Virus record (IMG/VR): IMGVR_UViG_3300042554_002914
Direction: 5' to 3' (one strand)
From: a virus
Taxonomy: Duplodnaviria; Heunggongvirae; Uroviricota; Caudoviricetes
Length of the DNA stretch: 64,000 bases
Shown here: one piece after another, positions 56,966 through 64,000 of the stretch
How positions within the stretch are numbered: position 1 is the first letter of the stretch
How the letters are laid out: each line of letters begins with the position of its first letter
The notes under the pieces: model-generated
Told to the model about the DNA's origin: nothing
Databases searched by the model: none
The model's input: the letters and a program-made list of their open reading frames with translations, nothing else
Program-made: the position numbers and the translations under genes

Positions 56966-57202
56966 TCAGCCTGCGTTAAAACTTGCCAACACAATGCCCT
57001 GACGGGTCCCGGGAGCAGCGGTTCCAATCGGCTCAACTGTTACTTGGTCCGGGCTATTGCACCATGATGTATAGGGATTACCCCAATCACAATCCCCAGG
57101 GTGAATGTTCCTGGCCTCATCTTCACTTTTGGCGCAAACTATGGCGCTGTAGTAAGTGTCGTAACCTTTGTTGACAGTTTGGCTGATTTTGTAGAGTTTC
57201 AT
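56966..57202 (-). CDS. Phage small protein
   Basis: YDTYYSAIVCAKSEDEARNIHP...IGTA...LASFNAG. Confidence 0.8.
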   Translation of the reverse strand: MKLYKISQTVNKGYDTYYSAIVCAKSEDEARNIHPGDCDWGNPYTSWCNSPDQVTVEPIGTAAPGTRQGIVLASFNAG

Positions 57203-57317
57203 TGCTTGCGTTTTGGTTGGTGGACTTCGGTACTATAGCACAAGGAGGTCAGGGTTACAAGGGGGAACAACAGGCACGGCAAGGGGCCAGGGTTCACAAC
57301 CCCGACCCCCAGGACAG

Positions 57318-57692
57318 TCAACCAAGGGCCACAATGGCTTGTAAATTGGTGCGCCACGTTCCCGGCAGCTTCTCACCACGACGACCCACGATCACGGGCA
57401 ATTCCCCGACCATCTCCACTACCGTATCAATTTCAAACACTTGCAAGGTCGCAGCCAGCCAGGTTCCAAACCAGCGAGTCCGACCCGTGGCCTTGGCAAT
57501 GTAACGGCAGCCATGGGGGCCTTCCAAGGCAAACTCTCCTTCCTCAAGGCAAAGATCATGGGGTGCATCAGCCAGGACATCCCAGTGACCCCACCAGCCT
57601 TTACGGTCGCCACCAGGGGCCTTCTCGCAGGGCTCAGCGGTGTAGGAACCGATGCGGTTGATGGGTGAGGTGGTGGCGGTTGCGAAGGTCAT
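57318..57692 (-). CDS. Cassette hypothetical protein
   Basis: MTFATATTSP. Confidence 0.7.
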   Translation of the reverse strand: MTFATATTSPINRIGSYTAEPCEKAPGGDRKGWWGHWDVLADAPHDLCLEEGEFALEGPHGCRYIAKATGRTRWFGTWLAATLQVFEIDTVVEMVGELPVIVGRRGEKLPGTWRTNLQAIVALG

Positions 57693-57784
57693 TTGCCGGG
57701 GGGTGCGATACCTTGAAATTATAGCATGTTGCCAATGGGGTCGGGGTGCATCCCAACCACAAAACTGCCTACTAGCAACAAAAC

Positions 57785-58120
57785 TTAACCCATAATGCCC
57801 CCAGGCCAACGTCCTCCCGGCGGGGTGCGCTCTGATGGGGATAGTTCGGGTGTTTCATCATAATAGCTAGGACGCAACTTGGCGAGGCGCTCTGCGTCGG
57901 AGACGCATCGGCAGCATGGATTGTGCCCATTTTCCGCCATATAATTAGCGCCGCGCTTTGTTCTGAATGGTCCGATAACTGCCATGTAGTACGGGGTATT
58001 GGCTTCGGTAGGGGTAACTACCGATTTGAAAACTTCCCGGTTACCTTGGTCGTATAACAAACCCACATAGAATTTTGCCCGTTGGGGTGTGTTAGTGGTT
58101 GAGGGGGTTGCGGTAGCCAT
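57785..58120 (-). CDS. Cassette hypothetical protein
   Basis: VIGPFRTKRGA..MA...NPCC..V.DAERLA. Confidence 0.75.
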   Translation of the reverse strand: MATATPSTTNTPQRAKFYVGLLYDQGNREVFKSVVTPTEANTPYYMAVIGPFRTKRGANYMAENGHNPCCRCVSDAERLAKLRPSYYDETPELSPSERTPPGGRWPGGIMG

Positions 58121-58263
58121 CGTTGCGGTGTCGGTTGGTTGGCTTCGTAATTATAGCACATGGCCGGGTGTGGGTGCGGTTCGGCATGTTGACTCCCGAG
58201 GTGTGGTGGACAGTTTGTCAAGTGTCTATTTGCGTTGGGAGTTTGACTTCAGGGGTTGATTCC

Positions 58264-58525
58264 GAGGTGTATTTTCGGAGTTAATGTGGAATCTCAGGGT
58301 GCTTTTTCCGGGTAATGTAGAAACCCTAAAATCAAAAACCCGAAAGTCAATCGCTGAGATCGACTGCAGGGCAACGGAGTTACTCCTAAAAAAATTAAAA
58401 ATTTTAGGACCTAATGAAAAAACGATCCAAAAGTTCCACATTTGAATGCATATTATGCACCCTGGGGCTCTTTATATACACTTTTTCGCGAATATATGTA
58501 TAATAAGTGTTTACCTTATGTTGTT
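58264..58525. repeat. Zone-2 long element copy 7 (tail B, core form 1)
   Basis: Same architecture. Confidence 0.9.
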
Positions 58526-58731
58526 GGTGAGTTGAATAGTTGACGACTGGGTGTGATCTCGTCGGTCTCAGTTGAGTATCGGAATGAGTTCACATCGAGT
58601 AGTCTACAGTTGGGATACAGTCTCGTTTCAGTCCCACAATAAGACTCATCCAAATAGTCAACAACTAGGGTACGGTCTCAACAGTCTCACTTCAATCTCA
58701 CAATGAGATCACACTTCAAGAGTAAACAGAT

Positions 58732-59010
58732 GGGTGCATTTTCGGAGTAATGTGGAATCTCAGGGTGCTTTTTCCGGGTAATGTAGAAACCCTAAAATCA
58801 AAAACCCGAAAGTCAATCGCTGAGATCGACTGCAGGGCAACGGAGTTACTCCTAAAAAAATTAAAAATTTTAGGACCTAGATGAAAACCATCCAAAAAAT
58901 TCTACATTTGAATGCATATTCTGCACCCTACTACTATATACTCGCGTAAAAATTATTTATAGTACACTCTTATCTAAATATCCATAATCAATAAGTTTTC
59001 CTTATCCATA
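58732..59010. repeat. Zone-2 long element copy 8 (tail A, core form 1)
   Basis: Left ~125 bp identical to copy 7. Confidence 0.9.
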
Positions 59011-59095
59011 GGTCAATCAATGAGTAATAGCAGTAAGGCAACAAAAAAAAAGGGGGGGAATCACCCTAAGGCAATCCCTCCCCTAAAAACAGCAC

Positions 59096-59281
59096 CTATG
59101 CCCAAATGGTCTCAACACGGGCATCATGCCCCTTCAGCTTCATCGCTTCGGCGATTCTCTGAGCCACGTTCCGATCATGGTAATCGGCCCTGGTGGTATA
59201 GCCAGGAGCCCCAGAACCAGTGGCGATCAAACCAGTGGCAATCGGACTGGGGGCAATGGTGACACGGTATAGTTGGGCCAT
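59096..59281 (-). CDS. Cassette small protein
   Basis: 61 aa; own promoter. Confidence 0.7.
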   Translation of the reverse strand: MAQLYRVTIAPSPIATGLIATGSGAPGYTTRADYHDRNVAQRIAEAMKLKGHDARVETIWA

Positions 59282-59356
59282 GGTGCGGTTTGGTGTGGTA
59301 CCACGTAATTATAGCATTATGCCGTGGCATTGGCAAGCACGGGGCCGGGGGGAACG

Positions 59357-59731
59357 TCAACCCCGCCCATACTGGCGAACCCTCTCCAAATAGGTCCCCC
59401 AAACCGACGGATCCATGGCACCTGCCGTTGTCTTAAAGTGATGGGAGAAAAACGTAATGGCAAGCTCCATATTGCGCCTACCAACAGGATTAGCAGAATG
59501 AATGACCACAGCCGGTGGAATAAACCCACCATCAAAACCATTCTCATACACAATTTGCTCAATCCACTTGCAAACATCCATGCCAGTTCCCCTAGCGTCA
59601 TCCCCGAGATCATGATCCAAGGATACAACTTCGACATTGCCAGTCTTCAGCAATTCGATAACCTCATCAGGCCAATAGCAACGGACCCATCCATCAGGGG
59701 TAGGCCTGATATCATCGAGGAATACTTTCAT
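59357..59731 (-). CDS. Cyclic-phosphate-processing receiver-like domain protein
   Basis: VFLDDIRPTP.GW, SLDHDLG, GMDV..WI, IHSANPVG. Confidence 0.8.
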   Translation of the reverse strand: MKVFLDDIRPTPDGWVRCYWPDEVIELLKTGNVEVVSLDHDLGDDARGTGMDVCKWIEQIVYENGFDGGFIPPAVVIHSANPVGRRNMELAITFFSHHFKTTAGAMDPSVWGTYLERVRQYGRG

Positions 59732-60187
59732 TGCCTTGGGGTTAGGTAGACTGTGGGCGTGGTTGCCATTGGGGAGGTCCGGTGGGTTACGGCAGGGGAA
59801 TCATAGCATGGCCCTGGCAGGTTAGTTGGTGGCCCCGTAATTATAGCACAGGGGGGCCAGGCTACGGGTGCCGTTACATTCCGTAACAACAGGTACGGCA
59901 AGGAGTCACTGGATGGCAACCCCTGTAAAGAATTGGCCAGGTTGTGGGGCTATGCTTTCGCTCCTGAAGGGTAGCCAGGCGAAGAAGGGCAGCCCTGCGG
60001 CTGATAGTCCTACTTCCATTTCCCACTATTTGCCTTCACGTCTACCTGTATTTTGGGTTGTGACCCTATTGTAGCATGGGCCTGGCAGTGTCAACTCCCC
60101 ATAGCTTTAACCAAATGGCAAGCATGGGGCGGACGGGAACGCAACCCCTAGACTTTAATGGCTGGCAAGCATGGGGCCGAGGCAGAG

Positions 60188-60382
60188 TCAACCCTCAGGG
60201 TCCTTGGGGCTGCTGTCATCAAGTAAAGCCATTGCGACTATGGATCCAATGAAAAGTAGAAACCATAACGTACTCATCATCGCCAAGTGTCCAAAGTCCC
60301 CCTTAGCTACATAATAAGCAGCAGAGAATATGTTATATTGGGTGAGAATAAACTTGGCGTTACGTTTGAGGATTGACAGCAT
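60188..60382 (-). CDS. Cassette small membrane protein
   Basis: Hydrophobic C-terminal half. Confidence 0.65.
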   Translation of the reverse strand: MLSILKRNAKFILTQYNIFSAAYYVAKGDFGHLAMMSTLWFLLFIGSIVAMALLDDSSPKDPEG

Positions 60383-60548
60383 GGTGTGTCCGGTGGTTGT
60401 TGGTTACGGTTCCATTATAGCATGGGTCCAGCAGGCCAGTGATAGGGGAATTATACCACAGGTCCGGCAGACAGTGGAAAGGGGCCAATGCCAACAGCAC
60501 CAACCCCCCATGCAATCGGCCAATGCCAACAGCAGCCAGCGGCAACAA

Positions 60549-60809
60549 TCAGCCTGCAGCCACTGCAAGCAGCCGATCAGCCACTGCGCCCTTCGCAGTA
60601 CGCTTCCCATCGAGATAATACAAGGTATAGACCCGCCCCGGCTTCACACTGGGGGTGACCGTGATGGCCAGGGCCTTGCCGTTGATGCGGATGGTAGTTT
60701 CGGCTTTGGTGCCGGATTCCGTTGCTTGTTGCACGGTGTTGGCCTCGGTGGAATCAAGACGGGCAATCAGGGTGTCAAACTTGCGAATGGTCAGAGGAGG
60801 AGTAGCCAT
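60549..60809 (-). CDS. Cassette small protein
   Basis: Preceded by two tandem TTGACA-17-TATAAT promoters. Confidence 0.75.
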   Translation of the reverse strand: MATPPLTIRKFDTLIARLDSTEANTVQQATESGTKAETTIRINGKALAITVTPSVKPGRVYTLYYLDGKRTAKGAVADRLLAVAAG

Positions 60810-60846
60810 GGTTGGTGGAGGGTGGGTTGTGGTGGGGTGAATCCCC

Positions 60847-60955
60847 GGGACCTTGCCATTATAGGCGAGACAATGGATGTTGTCAATACCCGGTTAATGG
60901 TGGGGATCGTCGGGACCTTGCCATTATAGGCGAGACAATGGATGTTGTCAATACC
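60847..60955 (-). promoter_or_regulatory. Tandem-duplicated perfect sigma70 promoter
   Basis: TTGACA-acatccattgtctcgcc-TATAAT twice (44-bp direct repeat). Confidence 0.85.
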
Positions 60956-61160
60956 TGGTGGCAAGATCCCCCGAGGGTCACCATATTATGGCATATTGCC
61001 GATGTTATTGCAACCCCTTGGCCCCGGTTTATACCTTGGCTTGTTCGCCCCCCGCCACGATGTGTTAAGTTTTGTAACGATCTGGGGGCAATTAAGTTTT
61101 GTAACGATTCGGAGTTTGTTACCCTGTGGCATCGACTCGGAGTTTGCCATCCCCAAGGCA

Positions 61161-61189
61161 TTGACAGCTGCCGGGGTCCACTCTATAAT
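61161..61189 (+). promoter_or_regulatory. Perfect sigma70 promoter on the plus strand, preceded by two inverted HLR1-like sites
   Basis: TTGACA-17-TATAAT; ttaagttttgtaac at ~61065 and ~61092. Confidence 0.8.
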
Positions 61190-61472
61190 ACGCAGACAAC
61201 CAAACGAGGGGTGAGGTAACCCTGCTGACGAAAAAGGTCGCCACCGAACCTGCCTGCTTATAGTTATTATAGGATAGTAAAAAAAAGGGGGGGTTGACCC
61301 TCGGGTTTTATCCCAGAGTCAATATCCCAGAGTCATAGCCCCAGAGTCAATATCCCAGAGTCATAGCCCCAGAGTCATAGCCCCAGAGTCAAACCCCAGG
61401 GTCATAACCCCGAAGCCACAACCCCGAAGCCACAACCCCGAAGCCACAACCCCGAAGTCAAACCCCACGCAC

Positions 61473-61931
61473 TCAAGAATTACGGGCAATGACTTTTTTC
61501 AGGAATTTCAAACCATCTTCATTGGTATCAAAGAAATGGGATCCAGCCTCATCACCTAGCAATAGGCGACCAGCTCTATCAGGCAATTCGGAGAACCCCA
61601 CTTCACCCGCCATCACTTGGGCGGTTCCCGCGATACAATGGACCGTACCACATTCGTTGAAGGCTTCTTTACCCGTAATTTCTTTGCCAAGGTCGGTACG
61701 AAACATTAAGGGGCCCCATGCCCGATGCCAATTTCCCATATCGAAGTTATCCAAATCACGCTCTACAATCCAAAGCGCCGCATGGAGAAGGTTAGCTTCT
61801 TGTTGCTCGGGAGTGAGTTTGATATTTAGGTTTTCAGGAATGTGGGGCAACGGGGGAAGGCCGGGAGTAGTATCCAGCTTCTGGAGATTTAGGCGAGTAG
61901 CTTCAGAGAGGGTGAGGGTGGATGTTGTCAT
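61473..61931 (-). CDS. Cassette hypothetical protein
   Basis: FDMGNWH...CGTVHCIAGTAQ...HFFDTNE motif. Confidence 0.75.
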   Translation of the reverse strand: MTTSTLTLSEATRLNLQKLDTTPGLPPLPHIPENLNIKLTPEQQEANLLHAALWIVERDLDNFDMGNWHRAWGPLMFRTDLGKEITGKEAFNECGTVHCIAGTAQVMAGEVGFSELPDRAGRLLLGDEAGSHFFDTNEDGLKFLKKVIARNS

Positions 61932-62070
61932 GGTTTTGGAAGGGGGATAGTTGCCTGGTTGGTTGGTTGCTCTGTAATTATAGCACATGGCGGGGTAGGG
62001 TGCAACCTCCCGGAGTCATGACCCTGGGGCCACAACCCCGAAGCCACACCCCCAATCCCCAATCCCAAAG

Positions 62071-62544
62071 TCATGCCGCAGCTAACTGCTTATTCCGCGA
62101 ATAGAAACGCTCACAGCCATACTTGGCCGCAATTTCATTCAGACTACCCGGATTGGAGCGGCTCCGGCCCAACCCAGCAGGCTTCCAGAACCAGCATTGC
62201 CGGCCCCTATGCCAGCAGCACCCCAGAGCCTTAAGGTCTTCCTTAACGGGCTTGGTATCACCCGTGACCCATACCCATAGGCCAATAAGGCTGATATCAA
62301 GGTTGGGAATCTTAAGCAATTCTGCGATCTGGTCCATAATGGCTTGTTCGGTCTTGGCAGTGTAGCGATAGGTGCGCCCCTCAGCTTCTTGACCGTTGCA
62401 GGCTGCCAGGGCCCCATGGTACGCAGCATTAAGGGCCTTCATGGTTTCCAGGTCGCCGCCCAGATCAGGGTGGTGCTTGCGAGCCAGATCACGGTAAGCG
62501 CTTTTGACTTGCTCAACGGTGGTGAAGCCAGTGAAGAATGTCAT
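62071..62544 (-). CDS. J-domain (DnaJ-like) protein
   Basis: VKSAYRDLARKHHPDLGG..TMKALNAAY; C-terminal IGLWVWVTGDTK domain. Confidence 0.85.
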   Translation of the reverse strand: MTFFTGFTTVEQVKSAYRDLARKHHPDLGGDLETMKALNAAYHGALAACNGQEAEGRTYRYTAKTEQAIMDQIAELLKIPNLDISLIGLWVWVTGDTKPVKEDLKALGCCWHRGRQCWFWKPAGLGRSRSNPGSLNEIAAKYGCERFYSRNKQLAAA

Positions 62545-62808
62545 TGCCGGTTCCAGGTGGTGGGTGGGAACGATGTTAGTGTAGCATGGTTGCCGGTGGG
62601 TCGTCAACCCCCCTTTTTTTAGGGGGAAGGTTAAAACCGCTACCTGCTGACCCATGAATTATATCACAGGGCAGGCATGGGGCCAGGGGCAATGTCAACC
62701 CTCTAGTTTTGGTCCCTTGCTTGCTGACCCATGAATTATAGCATGTCCGGGGGCCAACTGTGGATGGCCGGGAGTTAGTGCTCATGGGCCGACACATTGC
62801 CGAAAGGA

Positions 62809-62838
62809 TTGACAAGGCTAAGGTAGTCACCCTATAAT
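62809..62838 (+). promoter_or_regulatory. Plus-strand sigma70 promoter pointing into long element copy 9
   Basis: TTGACA-18-TATAAT. Confidence 0.7.
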
Positions 62839-62901
62839 GGGCAAACAATCAGAGAAGGGGCCTTGCCCACAGGTAATAGGTTATGCCACGGGGCTATGCC
62901 A

Positions 62902-63160
62902 TGGTGCGTTTTGCCGTTAATGTAGAATTTTGGGGTGTGTTTTCGGGGTTAATGTGGAATCGTCAAAATCAAAAACCCAATTTTCATTTCCCCAAATCCA
63001 TTGCAAGGGAACGGAGTTACTCCTAAAATTTTTGAATTTTTTAGGACCTAGTTGAAAACCATCCAAAAAATTCTACATTTGAATGCATATTATGCACCCT
63101 GGGGCTCTTTATATACACTTTTTCGCGAATATATGTATAATAAATGTTTATCTTATGTTG
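62902..63160. repeat. Zone-2 long element copy 9 (tail B, core form 2)
   Basis: Same architecture. Confidence 0.9.
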
Positions 63161-63233
63161 TGGTAGTTGGTATCGGCAACCCACCTAACCGTTTACAAAT
63201 GGGATACAGTCTCAGTTGAGAACCGCAATGAGT

Positions 63234-63701
63234 CTACCATCCCGCACCAGATACAGTAAGTTGCACAAGCATACAATTCATATTGCTAATCCAGGCATGA
63301 CGCACATTGGAATCAAAAATAAATACATCCCCAGATTTAATCCTTAGAAGGAGATCCATCCCAGAGACAAAAAGCTCAACGTAGTCGCCGGATGGGTCCC
63401 TTTCTTGCACGGCATTGATGGGCCTAATATCAATCATCCAAGATAATACAGTCCCCATCCCATCATCTTCATGGCAAAGGATTGATCCAGAAAGGGGCAA
63501 CAGACAAGGGGTCAAATACCCCATTACTTTCTTATACTCCAATCCCTTGCCACTAGCAAAGTCTGCTAACGGTTTAACTAGATCGTCTGTAAGTTTTAGA
63601 CTCACGGGCTCAATACTCCCTAGATAGCACGGTGAGTAAATGAGGGGGAATTCGGTCGGAGTCTCGATGTTACCTAAGACTTTTGCTTCTAGGTGGGTCA
63701 T
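63234..63701 (-). CDS. Putative 2OG-Fe(II) oxygenase/cupin-fold protein
   Basis: ILCHEDD (HxD) ... GDVFIFDSNVRHAW (distal His). Confidence 0.6.
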   Translation of the reverse strand: MTHLEAKVLGNIETPTEFPLIYSPCYLGSIEPVSLKLTDDLVKPLADFASGKGLEYKKVMGYLTPCLLPLSGSILCHEDDGMGTVLSWMIDIRPINAVQERDPSGDYVELFVSGMDLLLRIKSGDVFIFDSNVRHAWISNMNCMLVQLTVSGAGW

Positions 63702-63720
63702 GGTTGGGGTTTGGTGCCGA

Positions 63721-64000
63721 GGGTGCATTTTGTGAGTAATGTAGAATGCCGAGGGTGCATTTTCCAAGTAATGTAGAATGTTGGGTGCAGTTTTTTGAGT
63801 AATGTGGAACTCCCCAAAATAAAAATCCAAAATTCAATCCCTGAGATCCGTTGCAAGGCAACGGAGTTACTCCTAAAATTTTTGAATTTTTTAGGACCTA
63901 ATGAAAAACCATCCAAAAAATTCTACATTTGAATGCATATTCTGCACCCTACTATCATATATTCGCGTAAAAATTATTTATAGTACACTCTTATCTAAAT
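63721..64000. repeat. Zone-2 long element copy 10 (tail A, core form 2; runs off window)
   Basis: Three iterons, core at 63871-63896. Confidence 0.9.

Larger units (their letters stand above)
39150..62750 (-). promoter_or_regulatory. Family of ~45 sigma70 extended -10 early promoters, consensus TG(C/G)TA(T/C)AATTAC(A/G)GAGTCA
   Basis: Plus-strand tgactctgtaatt(a/g)tagca or variant 20-35 nt upstream of nearly every small ORF; -35 is TTGACA, TTGCGC within a GGGGC-TTGC-GCCCC hairpin, or absent. Confidence 0.9.

Noticed and set aside
61225-61250. Hammerhead ribozyme (CTGACGA)
   Set aside because: No stem II followed by GAAA and no compatible stems I/III
53725-61470. Short tandem repeats (13-mer at ~53728, 15-mer at ~56166, 10-14-mers at 61310-61470) as a distinct system
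   Set aside because: Unrelated units that look like slippage expansions next to terminators or promoters; no further evidence of function
48526-64000. Cas12a-like repeat (TTCTAC/GTAGA words) in the long elements
   Set aside because: The two words are more than 100 bp apart, not a short hairpin, and there is no repeat-spacer periodicity
1-64000. Alternative genetic code
   Set aside because: Known genes are full length in code 11, and TAA, TAG and TGA all serve as stops

Overview
A 64-kb segment of a large dsDNA phage genome, very probably a jumbo cyanophage. Evidence for the host: a cyanobacterial-type TyrRS, a DUF1517/FLAP1 protein, and sites matching cyanobacterial transcription-factor consensus sequences. 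Essentially every gene is on the minus strand. 1-38.7 kb is a densely packed block of DNA/nucleotide metabolism, translation and probable counter-defence genes: adenine/N4C methyltransferase, type IIA topoisomerase A subunit, HNH nuclease, TyrRS, a ValRS-arm-like protein, Lar, a Panacea/SocA antitoxin, a RelA/SpoT-type HD hydrolase, an ATP-grasp protein, a DEDD exonuclease, Tmk and ADP-ribosylglycohydrolase, plus expanded families of small paralogues. 38.7-64 kb is very different: about 45 small monocistronic cassettes, most with their own extended -10 sigma70 promoter, one tRNA(CAT), and two zones of non-coding repeats. Zone 1 (38.7-48.5 kb) has repeated blocks containing matches to the cyanobacterial RpaB HLR1 motif and LexA box; HLR1-like sites also sit roughly in helical phase upstream of promoters that lack a -35. 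Zone 2 (48.5-64 kb) has ten copies of a ~250-300 bp element: iteron-like repeats, a palindromic core present in two near-inverted forms (5:5), and two alternative AT-rich tails, mostly arranged as B-spacer-A pairs. These non-coding architectures are the best candidates for an undescribed system (host-regulator wiring or decoy arrays, and dispersed origin/recombination-like elements). All functional calls come from motif recognition by eye; no searches were run.
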